64,000 nucleotides of DNA from an uncultured bacterium (GTDB lineage Bacteria > Bdellovibrionota > Bacteriovoracia > Bacteriovoracales > CAZZBM01): assembly GCA_964652255.1 (NCBI GenBank), contig CAZZBM010000001.1:235908-299907 (forward strand). Reading direction: 5' to 3'. The notes beneath the pieces are model-generated. The model ran no database searches. It saw nothing but the letters and a program-made list of their open reading frames with translations, and was not told where the DNA came from. The number at the start of each line of letters is the position of its first letter. The first letter of the stretch is position 1. Both the position numbers and the translations under genes were made by a program. Below, piece by piece: positions 18,122 to 28,755 of the stretch.

Positions 18122-18877
18122 ATGATTCTTTTTATTTTTTTGTTTTTTTTCTCTTGCAAAACATCCTCTGAAAATTCTTCCAGTGATAATTTCGAACTCA
18201 ATGAATCCCGTCCCATAGATCCTCAAAAAGAAAAAAAAATCTTCTCTTCTATAAAAAAAATCATTATTCAAAGTGAAGGTAGTCTTATTAAAGTCTTACC
18301 TCACTCACAACGTGATACGGTGATTACTCCTCCTCAGTTTGCTTATGGTTGTTTTTTTTCCATAAAAAGAAGTGGAAAAGAAGTCAGTCTTGAGGTGAGA
18401 AGTGAAATTAATGCAAGTTTAAAAAGTTGTGAAGTTCTTATTCAAACCAATAAAGAACTCTCTTATGATCTTACTTTAGATAAAAATAGTGAAGCTCTTT
18501 TTGACGTCGATAGTGAAGATCTCAACTTAAATATTCAAGGAATTTTTGAACACAAAAAAGAAATTGAAAAACTTACAGGTCAAGCAGAAAAAGCACAAAT
18601 TAAAATTGCTAAAGTAGAAGAAGGTTCTTTTACTCAAATAGAAGGTATTTCTCAGTTTAATTTTCGTCATTTAGAAAAACCTTTTACCTTAAACTTACAA
18701 AAAGGAAAAACATATATTGATATTGATTCACAAATGATTATTGATCCTAAAAGAAAAAAACTACCTGTAGTAGAAAAAAAAGGATTTTTTAAGAAGAAAG
18801 AAATTGTTCCTTTGCTTGAAATTAAAAATAATAAAGGACAAGTTCTTTTAATTCAAAATACAGGAAAATCCTCGTAG
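18122..18877 (+). CDS. hypothetical lipoprotein
   Basis: N-terminus MILFIFLFFFSC-KTSS is a signal peptide plus lipobox. The track start is TTG 18116. No known motif. Confidence 0.55.
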   Translation: MILFIFLFFFSCKTSSENSSSDNFELNESRPIDPQKEKKIFSSIKKIIIQSEGSLIKVLPHSQRDTVITPPQFAYGCFFSIKRSGKEVSLEVRSEINASLKSCEVLIQTNKELSYDLTLDKNSEALFDVDSEDLNLNIQGIFEHKKEIEKLTGQAEKAQIKIAKVEEGSFTQIEGISQFNFRHLEKPFTLNLQKGKTYIDIDSQMIIDPKRKKLPVVEKKGFFKKKEIVPLLEIKNNKGQVLLIQNTGKSS

Positions 18878-18889
18878 ATCTTCCTGTAT
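18858..18889. terminator. hairpin between convergent genes (possible bidirectional terminator)
   Basis: ATACAGGAA-14 nt-TTCCTGTAT is a 9-bp perfect stem, flanked by a T-run on the + strand (TTTT) and TTTGAATT on the - strand. The TAG stop of the 18122 gene lies in the loop. Confidence 0.4.
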
Positions 18890-18911
18890 TTTAAAACGTG
18901 ATGAGCCTTAG

Positions 18912-20846
18912 TTAAAAGGCTTGATTTTCTGAACTAAAATTAAAACTCTTATCAAAAGCAGCTGAACCACCACCTTTTGGTTCTGGAAAGTTAATTGATC
19001 TTAATACATTAGAGATACAAGCTCTTCCAGCTTGACTCCATTGATTACCCTCAACCTTAACTCCACTCACACTAGCTCCAGGGTTAATAATAAAAGAAAC
19101 TTTAACCACTCCCCTTAATTGACTATTTTTAACAAGTTCTTGTTGATAGCAATATTGAAACTGAGATTTAGCTTCATTTAATAAACGATCTACTAGTTCT
19201 GGATCAATACTTCCTTTTAAAACTGTTCTTGTACCACCTTTGGCTGTATCAAGAGATCCTCTTTCAGCAAGTCCTCCAGCTCCATAACCAGCCTTTGAAA
19301 CAGCTCCGGAATAATCTGAACCTACTCCACCCACAGCTCCAACTCCAGCTCTAAGTGATCCACCCGTGTTATCAGAGTTAACGACAACCTGACCACTTTT
19401 TACTCCTTCTAAGCTGTTTGACTGAGCAGCAGTCACTGATCCACCATAAGCTTTTTGACTTGATCCCATAAGATTAGCAAAAGACCCTTGGCTTTTCACA
19501 CCACCAAAGGTTTTTGCTGGTGCTGGAGCTGGAGGAGGTGCTGATTGTGGAGTTGTAGGTGCTGGCTGAGATCCACGAGTACTTTGTCGTTTTTCATCCA
19601 TAGAAATTTTTGGGATAGCAGCTTTTTTTGTAATTTTAGGAGACTCTGTTTTAGGAGATTTCATGCCTTCATGAGCCACTTGTTTTTTAGGCTTAGAAAC
19701 AGATCCTACTTTTTCTTGAGCAGCCGGAGCTAATTGTTTTTTTGTATTTGCTGCATTTTTTTCTTCTTTAAGAGTTTTATCTTTCACTCCTTTTTGCACC
19801 TCTTCAGGTTTCTTTTTAGCTTTTGGTTCAGGGGGAGTTTCAGTTTTTAAAACTTCAGGTTCTTTCTTAACAACTTTTTCTTTAGGAGGAGTATAGATAA
19901 CAGCAAGTTTTTTCACTTCTTCTTTTTTAATAAAAAGAGAAGGGTCTACTAAAAGTAAGATTAAAAAAGGAAGTGCTAAAGGTAAAAAAATAAGAAGAGC
20001 TTGCATTAAAAAAGCTCTTTCTCTGGCAAAAGGTGATAAAGGTAAAATTTTTGGAGGTTGATCTGAAATTTTTAAAACAACATGCTGAGTTTTATAAGTG
20101 CAAATAATTTCATCATCAGTTGTTACATCATAAAGTTCTTGCTGGATAATTTCTTGATTTTTCTTTTTAGAAAATACTTTTAAATCTTTTTGTGGATAAA
20201 GTTGAACTCTACCACCACTCACTTGAAGAAAAGAAGATTTAACCAACAAAGAATCCATTAAAAGAGTGTCTTTATCCTCTTCTGGTCCAATATACCAAGT
20301 TTTATTTTCATGAATATTAAGATAATGAATATCTAAGATAATATCTTTCTCTGTGACAAAAATTTCTAAACTTTGACCTGGATTATCTTGAATAATAGGA
20401 AAAATTTCTTCACTAGATTCTAAATCTACATATTGATCAGCTACTGGCTCTATTTTAGATAGAGGTGATACTCTTAAAGATGAAAAGTCCTGTTCAAAAT
20501 GTAGATAACAATATTCATCTTCTATTAATACAGGTTTTTGTTTTAATTGTAGATTTGGAACAAAAGATTGTTCTATTTTTTGAAAGATCAAAGAAAAAAC
20601 TTGATCTTCAACCTCTAAATAACAAGAATCTTTGGTAATAAATTCTTGATACACTTGACCATGAATTTTAAAGGATCCTTGCAAGGCTTTAATTTCAACA
20701 AAATCTTCACCTACATTAAGACTAAGAAGGGTATTTTTAAGTCCATTACTTGCATCAATAGTTTGAAGACCTAAGTAAAGATCTTTTAAACCTTGATCAG
20801 ATTTTAACTGAAAAAAACTTGGGACAATTTTTTTTGCTTCACTCAT
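18912..20846 (-). CDS. AgmX/PglI C-terminal-domain protein (GltG/GltJ-like, TonB-like architecture)
   Basis: 644 aa. Cytoplasmic N-domain, one TM helix (LLIFLPLALPFLILLLV) and a Lys/Pro/Ala-rich spacer. The C-terminal domain reads QFQYCYQQEL...RGVVKVSFIINPGASVSGVKVEG...CISNVLRSINFPEPKGGG. Confidence 0.7.
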   Translation of the reverse strand: MSEAKKIVPSFFQLKSDQGLKDLYLGLQTIDASNGLKNTLLSLNVGEDFVEIKALQGSFKIHGQVYQEFITKDSCYLEVEDQVFSLIFQKIEQSFVPNLQLKQKPVLIEDEYCYLHFEQDFSSLRVSPLSKIEPVADQYVDLESSEEIFPIIQDNPGQSLEIFVTEKDIILDIHYLNIHENKTWYIGPEEDKDTLLMDSLLVKSSFLQVSGGRVQLYPQKDLKVFSKKKNQEIIQQELYDVTTDDEIICTYKTQHVVLKISDQPPKILPLSPFARERAFLMQALLIFLPLALPFLILLLVDPSLFIKKEEVKKLAVIYTPPKEKVVKKEPEVLKTETPPEPKAKKKPEEVQKGVKDKTLKEEKNAANTKKQLAPAAQEKVGSVSKPKKQVAHEGMKSPKTESPKITKKAAIPKISMDEKRQSTRGSQPAPTTPQSAPPPAPAPAKTFGGVKSQGSFANLMGSSQKAYGGSVTAAQSNSLEGVKSGQVVVNSDNTGGSLRAGVGAVGGVGSDYSGAVSKAGYGAGGLAERGSLDTAKGGTRTVLKGSIDPELVDRLLNEAKSQFQYCYQQELVKNSQLRGVVKVSFIINPGASVSGVKVEGNQWSQAGRACISNVLRSINFPEPKGGGSAAFDKSFNFSSENQAF

Positions 20847-21628
20847 TTTTTTAAACCCTCATTAATCCTACGTTCTAAAGATAGTGTTGTATCTGTGGGA
20901 TCTTTAATATATTTCAAAATTTTTCTAGCTTCTTTTAACTGATTGTTTTCGATTAAAGCTTCTGTATACTCTATAATATAATCTTCACTGATTTTTAAAT
21001 CTTTTGAACTCATCATAGAAAAATATTTAACAGCTTCTGGATAATTTTTATTTTTTTTATAAGATAAAGCTAAAGAAGATAATATAGAAGGATCTTTTTG
21101 ATTGATTTGATAAAGTTTTTCAAAAGATTCTATGGCTTTTTGAAAATAACCATATTCTAAATAAATTTGTCCCAAGTTATAGACAGGAGTCACCAAATTA
21201 GGGTTTTCCTTCTGAACTTTTTGAAAAATATCAAAAGCAGCTTTTATATTTTTTTGTCCAAGATAAATAATTCCTATATTATTTAAAGCAGCTGGATAAG
21301 AAACTTTATTTTTTTTAGCTGTTTCAAGAGAATAGTTATAATAAAATTTTGCTTTTAATAAATTATTATTTAAAAAATAACAATTTCCTACTTGATTCCA
21401 ATATTCAGGATCATTTTTTCTTGTTTTTACTTCTTGTTTTAAATGATCTAATCCTTCTTGAAATTTTCCTTCATGACAAAGTGCAACACCTTTTAAGTCT
21501 GAATTTTTCTTTTCTATTTCACCTAATGTTTTTTTATTATATTTAATTAAAGACTCATTAGCAAAAATATTTTTTTCTTGAGAATCAGTTTGACAAGCAA
21601 TAAGTAATAAAAAAATTATTTTTTTCAT
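20843..21628 (-). CDS. TPR-repeat lipoprotein
   Basis: N-terminus MKKIIFLLLIAC-QTD (lipobox). Repeated 34-aa TPR-like units follow (WNQVGNCYFLNNNLLKAKFYY, LNNIGIIYLGQKNIKAAFDIF, etc.). ATGA overlaps on both sides. Confidence 0.65.
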   Translation of the reverse strand: MKKIIFLLLIACQTDSQEKNIFANESLIKYNKKTLGEIEKKNSDLKGVALCHEGKFQEGLDHLKQEVKTRKNDPEYWNQVGNCYFLNNNLLKAKFYYNYSLETAKKNKVSYPAALNNIGIIYLGQKNIKAAFDIFQKVQKENPNLVTPVYNLGQIYLEYGYFQKAIESFEKLYQINQKDPSILSSLALSYKKNKNYPEAVKYFSMMSSKDLKISEDYIIEYTEALIENNQLKEARKILKYIKDPTDTTLSLERRINEGLKK

Positions 21629-24546
21629 TTTTTACCTTTTAAATTTATTCCTTTTTGAGTATCTGTTGGTGCAATCATTTTTTTATTTCTAGTTTCTCTT
21701 GCACCTTTTAATTCTAAATTCTTTTTAGTAAAAATCATGTTATTTTCACTAGCTTTTAAAGCTATTTGATTAAAATCCTTCGCTTTTTTTCTAAGATCAT
21801 TCACAATAGGCTTCATAGCTTGTTTAAAAGTTTTAACATACTCTGGACCTTCATTTTCAGGGTTTATAGCATCAATATCATTAGCCACTTTTTCATAACC
21901 AAGACTCAAAGATTTATATATATCCAAAGTAATTTGAGGAAAACCTAATTTTAATTTAATGTTAGCTTCATCTGTATAAGCAGTTAAAGATTTAAAAGCT
22001 TTATCTAAATCAGCTTGAAAAATCTCCTCTTTAAAGGGATTGTTAGGTCTAAAATAATTGAAAGATTCTTTTTTTATCTTATCCACAAAAGCTTGAGAAT
22101 TAAACACATCTCCCACTTTTTTATTAGAAGAAGCTAATGGACCTAAAACAGATCTAATTTGTTTGACTTTTTCTAACTCATTATATTCTTGAGCATACCA
22201 GTACATACTCATATAAGCATCTATGAAATAGATTTCATAATTTTTGTTTTTTCCATAAATATTATAATATTTATTTAAATAATCTATGTTCTGAATATCA
22301 GCTATTTCTTTAATATTTTGTAAAACAACTTCATTATGTTTTTTAGGATTTACCCCACAAGATTCACCAAGTTTTAGCATATTTAAAGATTGATCTACTT
22401 TGCCATCTATTAAATAAATATAAGCAGAGTTAGAAAAGAATTCTTCTTTTTCTTTAAAATTTTCCTTACAATATCTTTCTAACATCATTTTAGATAAATC
22501 TGCTGATAAAGTAAGTTCTTGATAAGTATAATATTGTCTCACAATAAGAAGTATTTTATCTCTTAAAGAAAAAACTTCTTGATTAGACTGCATTTTAAAA
22601 CTAGCACTTAAATATTCATAAGATTTTTTAAACTGATCTAGCTCTAAAAAAAGACCAGAAGCATTAAAAGAAGCTTTTGATTTTATTTTATTACCAAAAT
22701 TATTATTAGCATAAATTTTTAAATATTCATTCGCAGCTTCTTCTTTTTTATTAGCTTTTTCAAGAACTTCAATTTTTTCAAAATACAATGAAGCAACTGA
22801 AGCTTCTAAGTTATCTTTAAATTTTTCATCAAAACCTAGATAACCTGTTTTTGTTTTATTAAACCAGTATAAAACTCTCTCTAAATTTTTCTTTTTTAAA
22901 TCTTCACTCACAATAACATTAATCATACCTTTTTGTATGGTTTGATTTTCAGGAAAATTTGCAACAAAAGGTTCAATTAAACCATTAGCTTCATCATATT
23001 TATTATGTTTAACATAAAGGTTAAACAACTTAGGATAAATACTTTCACTAACTTTATCTTTCGGCCATAAAGTAAGATAAGATCTATAAGAGTAGACAGA
23101 GTAATCATAAGTCATTTTTTCATCTAGAACATTTTCACCTAAAATAGATAACATACTATTAAGACATTTCTTTTTTAGATCCATTTTATCTTTAGGATTC
23201 ATCTTTAAAGAAAACTCTAAAGTATTTCTATAAGAAACCATCGCTCTAACATATTCTAAAGCTCCGTAAAGAGTTTCTGATTGGAAAAATGTATATTCAT
23301 CAATTTTAACTGGATTTAAAATTTTTAAAGCATCAAAATACTTTAATGTGACTTCTAGATTTTGAGGACTATATTTTGATCCTCTTTTTTTATTATCACG
23401 ATCAACTGATTCAATGACTCTTTTTTGAAACAAACCTGCAATATCAGTAATTTCACTAATAGCATTTTTTTTATCATCTTCACTAAATTCTTTATAATCT
23501 TTAACCTTAATAATAAAAGGTAAAGTTTTAAAATGTTCGTTTAAATCATTATTTTTTCTATAAATATCTAGCATAGCCATATAAGTTTTAACTTCACCTG
23601 CTAAATCTTTTTTTTCTATAGTACTTTTTCTAGAATTATCTAAAATATATTTAGTTTTTTTAACATCACCTATTTCAAGATTTTTATAAGCATACGCTAC
23701 TAAAAATTCTCCTGGATTAGGAGCATTTTTAGAAATAAAATCAACACCTTCTTCTATTCTTTTAGTAGAGAGAAAAAAATAAGGCGAAGCATATAAAATT
23801 TGTTCTGATAAATCAGCATAAATTTTTTTTCCATCTTTTCTATACTTTGAAAGCTGAAAAGATGTCTTTAGGGTGGTCAAAGCTTCTTCTAATTTTCCAA
23901 CCTTACTTAAAGACCAAGCATAGTTAAAAAGATGCTTAGTTAACCATTCACTGTTTTTATCTTTAATAATCTCTTGATAGTAATTAACAGCTTGTTTAAA
24001 ATCTTTTTTATTATAAAAATGTTCAGCCAAAGCAACTTGAACATTATAAATAAGAGGACTTTTTGAAGGAGTTTTTCTTAAAGCTTCAAATAGAAACTGT
24101 TCTGATTTTTTCATATCAGCACCAAAGTCTCTTGCATTAAGTCCTAATGTTAAATAAATTTCTCCAATTCTTATATAATTAGGATTTTTATTAACAATAT
24201 TAACACCAAAACTTTCTATTTTTTTATATTCGGATAAACTTTTTTGAAAATAAGGTTCTTTTTTTAAATTTTTATTTTTTTTTACATCTGTTATATATCT
24301 AGCATTTTCTTCATCTCTAATAACCTTAAGTCTTTCGGTATAAAGTTCTAGTAATCTAAATTGTAATTCAGGTCCAACAGTTCTATTTTTAATGATTTCA
24401 TTTATTTCTGAATTAATCAAAAACAAATTCCTTGCTCTTCTTTCTCTTTCACTAATAGCTTTAACAGCATCTTTGTCAGATTTAATCACAGTGTTAAAAT
24501 CTTTTTTATTTTGAGTTTTTGCTATAAGAAAAAAAAGAAGCATCAT
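21625..24546 (-). CDS. very large TPR/helical-repeat protein (GltD/AgmU-like by size and context)
   Basis: 973 aa. N-terminal hydrophobic segment, then helical-repeat composition throughout. Lies in the operon with the TolQR-type genes. Confidence 0.5.
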   Translation of the reverse strand: MMLLFFLIAKTQNKKDFNTVIKSDKDAVKAISERERRARNLFLINSEINEIIKNRTVGPELQFRLLELYTERLKVIRDEENARYITDVKKNKNLKKEPYFQKSLSEYKKIESFGVNIVNKNPNYIRIGEIYLTLGLNARDFGADMKKSEQFLFEALRKTPSKSPLIYNVQVALAEHFYNKKDFKQAVNYYQEIIKDKNSEWLTKHLFNYAWSLSKVGKLEEALTTLKTSFQLSKYRKDGKKIYADLSEQILYASPYFFLSTKRIEEGVDFISKNAPNPGEFLVAYAYKNLEIGDVKKTKYILDNSRKSTIEKKDLAGEVKTYMAMLDIYRKNNDLNEHFKTLPFIIKVKDYKEFSEDDKKNAISEITDIAGLFQKRVIESVDRDNKKRGSKYSPQNLEVTLKYFDALKILNPVKIDEYTFFQSETLYGALEYVRAMVSYRNTLEFSLKMNPKDKMDLKKKCLNSMLSILGENVLDEKMTYDYSVYSYRSYLTLWPKDKVSESIYPKLFNLYVKHNKYDEANGLIEPFVANFPENQTIQKGMINVIVSEDLKKKNLERVLYWFNKTKTGYLGFDEKFKDNLEASVASLYFEKIEVLEKANKKEEAANEYLKIYANNNFGNKIKSKASFNASGLFLELDQFKKSYEYLSASFKMQSNQEVFSLRDKILLIVRQYYTYQELTLSADLSKMMLERYCKENFKEKEEFFSNSAYIYLIDGKVDQSLNMLKLGESCGVNPKKHNEVVLQNIKEIADIQNIDYLNKYYNIYGKNKNYEIYFIDAYMSMYWYAQEYNELEKVKQIRSVLGPLASSNKKVGDVFNSQAFVDKIKKESFNYFRPNNPFKEEIFQADLDKAFKSLTAYTDEANIKLKLGFPQITLDIYKSLSLGYEKVANDIDAINPENEGPEYVKTFKQAMKPIVNDLRKKAKDFNQIALKASENNMIFTKKNLELKGARETRNKKMIAPTDTQKGINLKGKK

Positions 24547-24549
24547 TTT

Positions 24550-25065
24550 TCAAACCTCATTTGTCACAATCAATCTATATTTTGGAAATCCAGCAGCAGC
24601 TGTCGTAGTAAAAATTTTTTTTAAATTTTTATAAGGAACAGTCTTATCAATAACTAGATTAATATGTTGATAAATTTCTTCTCCAGAAAAACCCATAGTA
24701 AGAACGTCTAATTGTTTTTGACCACTTTGCACTAATTGATTAAATTTTTCTTCTAATAATTCTTTCTCAACTTTTAATTTATCAAAAAGTTCTGGAATCA
24801 CCATTACTTGATCATCTTTAATGCTACCTATAAGTTCATCTTTAAGATAGATATTTCCATCAGAAGCTAACTGAACAATAATTTCATTACGACCCATTTG
24901 TTCAGATAAAGATGTTACCATTTCTAAATTTTTTGCTAATTTTATTTGAACATCAGATGCTGTATAAGCTGTTAACAAAAACACCACTATAATAGTCACA
25001 ATATCCATTAAAGCTGTGATATCTTGCTCTAAAACTTCTTTTTGTTCTCTTTTTTTTCTAAACAT
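24550..25065 (-). CDS. ExbD/TolR-family protein
   Basis: 171 aa. N-terminal pattern DITALMDIVTIIVVFLL is a single TM helix typical of ExbD/TolR. Confidence 0.8.
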   Translation of the reverse strand: MFRKKREQKEVLEQDITALMDIVTIIVVFLLTAYTASDVQIKLAKNLEMVTSLSEQMGRNEIIVQLASDGNIYLKDELIGSIKDDQVMVIPELFDKLKVEKELLEEKFNQLVQSGQKQLDVLTMGFSGEEIYQHINLVIDKTVPYKNLKKIFTTTAAAGFPKYRLIVTNEV

Positions 25066-25073
25066 AATTTATC

Positions 25074-25592
25074 CTATTGAAACATGACCATTTCAAATAA
25101 ATTTCTTGTTTGTTTCAAATTTCCCTGTTCATCTTTTATTGTAATAATAGGCGTTGAATGATTTTTAGCTATCATTTGACCACGATCAACAACTTTAACA
25201 ATAGAATCATATTCAACGTTTGCTTCAGAAACGATAATTAAAGAGTTTTCATAAGGAAATTCAACCTTTGTTTGGATAAAAACATCTTGTAATTTAGATA
25301 AAAAATCCTGATCACTAAATTTCAAACTAGCAATTGTTCTTTTTTCTGACCCAATTCCTCTTTGAATTCTAACATTTTCTAATCCTATAAAAGCAGTCAG
25401 GTTTAAAGGTTTTTTATCTGTTTTTGTATTATTCAATTCTGAAAAAACAGGAGCTTCTGAAATAATATGTCTAATTTCAATAAAATTAGCATTCATCAAA
25501 AGGAAAAAAGTAATAATAAACATAATATCCATAATGGACACAATGCTTCCTTGTTTCATGGATAAAGATTTAATATTTCTTTTTTTATACAT
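25074..25592 (-). CDS. ExbD/TolR-family protein (second copy)
   Basis: 172 aa. SIVSIMDIMFIITFFLL TM segment, same architecture as the neighbouring copy. Confidence 0.78.
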   Translation of the reverse strand: MYKKRNIKSLSMKQGSIVSIMDIMFIITFFLLMNANFIEIRHIISEAPVFSELNNTKTDKKPLNLTAFIGLENVRIQRGIGSEKRTIASLKFSDQDFLSKLQDVFIQTKVEFPYENSLIIVSEANVEYDSIVKVVDRGQMIAKNHSTPIITIKDEQGNLKQTRNLFEMVMFQ

Positions 25593-26290
25593 TAGGCTGC
25601 CTCATCTAAAGCATGATTTGCTTTCGTTGTTAATAAATCTACTAATTTGACTGAACTTTGATCAATATCTGAGATCATTTTTTGAGCTTGAGAACTTAAA
25701 TAAGTATGTAAAACTAATAAAGTGATAGCAGATACCAGACCAAAAGCAGTTGTATTCATAGCTACTGATATACCTTTTGCTAAGAGTTGTTGTTTTAAAT
25801 TAGCTTCTGCTGTTGCCACAGCTGAAAAAGACTGAATAAGACCTTGAATCGTTCCTAAAAGTCCAAGAAGAGTACTCATGTTAGAAAGAAGAGCTATATA
25901 ATTAAATCTTTGCTCTATTTTTGGAATCACTTCAAGCATAGATGCTTCCATAGAATCTTGAATTTGAACCTTAGATTGATTAGCTCTTTTTAAACCATTC
26001 TTTAAAACAGTAGCTAAACCTGATTGAGACCCAGCACAAATCTGAATAGCACCTTGAACATTATTTGAAATAACCATTCTTTTGATTTGACTAAAAAAAC
26101 TTGGACCATCAACTGTCACTTTTTTTAAATAATTCCATCTATCAATCACTAGAATGATCCCAGATATCCAAACAAAAGAGATGACGAACATAAAAACGCC
26201 ACCTTCTGTCATAAATCTAGCAAACCATTGTAAAATATTTTCATTTGTTGTTACTGCCATTGCAGCTTCATTCATTACTTGTGTTTCCAT
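25592..26290 (-). CDS. MotA/TolQ/ExbB-family proton channel protein
   Basis: 232 aa with three TM helices. Conserved C-terminal region LSNMSTLLGLLGTIQGLIQSF...GISVAMNTTAFGLV. Confidence 0.85.
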   Translation of the reverse strand: METQVMNEAAMAVTTNENILQWFARFMTEGGVFMFVISFVWISGIILVIDRWNYLKKVTVDGPSFFSQIKRMVISNNVQGAIQICAGSQSGLATVLKNGLKRANQSKVQIQDSMEASMLEVIPKIEQRFNYIALLSNMSTLLGLLGTIQGLIQSFSAVATAEANLKQQLLAKGISVAMNTTAFGLVSAITLLVLHTYLSSQAQKMISDIDQSSVKLVDLLTTKANHALDEAA

Positions 26291-26301
26291 TTTTTCTCCT
26301 T

Positions 26302-26535
26302 TTATCTAATCATCATCACATCTTTTATTGTTCTATCTTTCAAACTTTTCCTATTGGGAATTGTTCTTTGAAAGTTTTGTCTCGATCTTTCTAAAACAGT
26401 AAAATCTCCAGGTACAAAATTAGAACCACCAACATCTAAACTATTTAAATTAAATGATTCAAATTTTTTATATTTGACAATCACTTTATCTGTTGGTTCC
26501 TTTGCCATAATAAAAAACAATATAAATGGCATCAT
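26302..26535 (-). CDS. small membrane-anchored protein (GltF-size)
   Basis: 77 aa. Hydrophobic N-terminus MMPFILFFIM. Overlaps the upstream TPR gene by 4 nt. No motif. Confidence 0.45.
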   Translation of the reverse strand: MMPFILFFIMAKEPTDKVIVKYKKFESFNLNSLDVGGSNFVPGDFTVLERSRQNFQRTIPNRKSLKDRTIKDVMMIR

Positions 26536-28004
26536 TTTTTACCTCTTTTCTTAGAAGTTTTAGTGTTTTTTAAATCATTTTTATTTGAATTTTCTTCAAT
26601 GTTAACAGTAGCTTCTTTTTCAGTTTCTCTTTTTACAACTGAACACTTAGATTCAAGTGCAAAAACATAATCACCAAGTTCATCCGCCCAAAATTCTTGT
26701 TTGAATTTCCAGTACATTTCATCAGATTCTTTATCTACTTTTGACGAACCTCTAGATCTATCTGTTACAAGAGCTTCATTTTTATATTCAAGACCTCTTT
26801 GCATCGTTAAAATATTAAGTTTTAAGTTAAACATTTGATAAGAGAGAGAATTTGTTTCATTAATAAAATCATAAAAATATTTTTTTACAAAAAAGTTCAC
26901 TGTTGACTTTAAAACAGCCATATCTACTTCTAAGTTTTTAATAAGATTATCTACAAAAGCTGTTCTTTTGCTTTTTCTAAGAGCTTCTAATTCTTTCATG
27001 GCTCTTAGGTATGCATTTAAATCTAAATTAAATTTAGTTCTTTTTTGTATTTGAGTTAAAAGATTTTTCATGAAGGGATCTGTATTTCCCTTTTTTTGCA
27101 TATGTTCTAAGATCAATCTAAAAAAGTAATCATCAGATTGAATATTTATTTTTAAAATATTTTTAATATTTTCAGATCTAGCTTTATAAACTTCGGTGTA
27201 TCTATCAATAATTTTTAAAGCATCACCCCATAGACATAATTTGAAGTAACTTAAAGCTTTTAGAAGTTCAACTTCTGGTTGAAAATAAGTATCTAAACTT
27301 GGAGCATTATATGTCGCTAATAATCCTAATGTTCTATTATAAATTCCTAGATGATAATTTGCCCAAGCTTTTTCCAATAATCCATATGGCCACAAATAAG
27401 ATTGTTTTGTAACCTTATAAAATTCTTTTAAAGATTCTTTATATTTTCCTTGATCAAAAGCCAAACGACCAATATTCATTTGGCAACTATCTTTGATCAT
27501 TGAATAATATCTTTGAACTTTAGAATCACTTTTATCTGCTTGAACAGAAAAAGCTTGATCATAGCATTTTTTAAAAGCCGTTAGAGCTAAATCATTTTTA
27601 TTTTGAGACATATACATAGTTCCAATGGTGAGTTGAGCTTCAGGATAATGTCTGTGTTTTTCAGGAATAATAGTAAGATATTTCATCGCTTCATCATATT
27701 GTTTATTCATGAAAAACTTTTTTGCTATTAATAAATAAACAGACTGAACACCAAGTTTTTTCAAAACTTCATTTTTAGTTCTTGAAAGAAGCTCAGTCCC
27801 AGTTTTTGATATAAGCTCTTCTAAATATTTTTTAAATTCAGGATCTAAAGTTGAAACACTATTAGCATGTTCAATAGCATAAGTAAGAGCAGAGAAGTAA
27901 AGCTTTCTTTTATAAAGCAACACTGAAACTTCTTTTAATGAAAGTTGTTTCTGAACAGCTGCTGCTGAAGAAAAGCTAAAATAAGATAAAAATAAAATCC
28001 ACAT
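26532..28004 (-). CDS. secreted TPR-repeat protein (GltE/AglT-like by size and context)
   Basis: 490 aa. Signal peptide MWILFLSYFSFSSAAA. TPR-like repeats (YDEAMKYLTIIPEKHRHYPEAQLTIGTMY...). Basic C-terminal tail. Confidence 0.5.
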   Translation of the reverse strand: MWILFLSYFSFSSAAAVQKQLSLKEVSVLLYKRKLYFSALTYAIEHANSVSTLDPEFKKYLEELISKTGTELLSRTKNEVLKKLGVQSVYLLIAKKFFMNKQYDEAMKYLTIIPEKHRHYPEAQLTIGTMYMSQNKNDLALTAFKKCYDQAFSVQADKSDSKVQRYYSMIKDSCQMNIGRLAFDQGKYKESLKEFYKVTKQSYLWPYGLLEKAWANYHLGIYNRTLGLLATYNAPSLDTYFQPEVELLKALSYFKLCLWGDALKIIDRYTEVYKARSENIKNILKINIQSDDYFFRLILEHMQKKGNTDPFMKNLLTQIQKRTKFNLDLNAYLRAMKELEALRKSKRTAFVDNLIKNLEVDMAVLKSTVNFFVKKYFYDFINETNSLSYQMFNLKLNILTMQRGLEYKNEALVTDRSRGSSKVDKESDEMYWKFKQEFWADELGDYVFALESKCSVVKRETEKEATVNIEENSNKNDLKNTKTSKKRGKK

Positions 28005-28017
28005 TTTCCTTCCTTCC

Positions 28018-28755
28018 TTAGAAAGACACTCCTAGTTTTAAAATCACATCACTTTCATTATAAAAACCTTTCTTTTCTTCTTTATTTTCACTAATTAAAT
28101 TAGCTCTATAAATTCTATGAAGGTAATCAACTCCAAGACTAAAATTTTTATTAAGATAAAATTTAAGAGCAACTTTAATATCACCTGAATAATAGGTTTC
28201 TTCTTCCATTTGAGTAGCTTTGTCTTTTCCACCGGAATTATCTATAATTTTTTTATAATTTGATTCACCTTTAATGTAAGAAGCGCCTAAACCAAAATAA
28301 AGATCAAAATAAATAATTTGATTAAAAGTATTAATTTTACCATAAAAAGGAGCAAACAAAATCATTCCTCCTACATCCCATTTATAGTTAATAATATAAG
28401 GTAATAAATTTTTTATTGTATCATTTGTTTCAGCAATAATTTTATTCACAATGTTGGTATAGGTGTTATTATCTCTATTAAAATAATAACCTCCTCTAAC
28501 TTCTATCCCAATCTGTTCTGTGAAGAAAAAATCTAAGTTTCCTTGAACACCAAAAGTTGTTTGATAGGGGTTACTAAATCTATAAAGCCCACCTGCATCA
28601 AAAAAGACTCTCATTTTTTTTGGAAAGAGTTTTTTTTGTAAAACGTAAACTTTTTTATCTTGATCTAGCCAAAGAAATTTATATAAATTATCCTCAGCTG
28701 CGAAAAGATGATTAGCAAAAAATAGACTTAATAAAACAAGTATTGTCTTTTTCAT
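28018..28755 (-). CDS. outer-membrane beta-barrel protein
   Basis: Preferred start is ATG 28755 (MKKTILVLLSLFFANHLFAAED), with GAGGAAA 8 nt upstream; the track ORF starts at 28815. Alternating strands, and the C-terminus ...ILKLGVSF ends in Phe. Confidence 0.6.
   Translation of the reverse strand: MKKTILVLLSLFFANHLFAAEDNLYKFLWLDQDKKVYVLQKKLFPKKMRVFFDAGGLYRFSNPYQTTFGVQGNLDFFFTEQIGIEVRGGYYFNRDNNTYTNIVNKIIAETNDTIKNLLPYIINYKWDVGGMILFAPFYGKINTFNQIIYFDLYFGLGASYIKGESNYKKIIDNSGGKDKATQMEEETYYSGDIKVALKFYLNKNFSLGVDYLHRIYRANLISENKEEKKGFYNESDVILKLGVSF

Noticed and set aside
17944-18216. 90-aa minus-strand ORF in the track
   Set aside because: It lies antisense across tRNA-Lys and tRNA-Glu. Its sequence is simply the reverse translation of the tRNA genes, so it is not a gene.
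19300-19850. GC-richer segment inside the AgmX-like gene as a possible horizontal insertion
   Set aside because: The GC rise coincides exactly with the Pro/Ala/Gly-rich periplasmic spacer and Gly-rich region of an intact ORF. This is a compositional effect of amino-acid content, not evidence of transfer.
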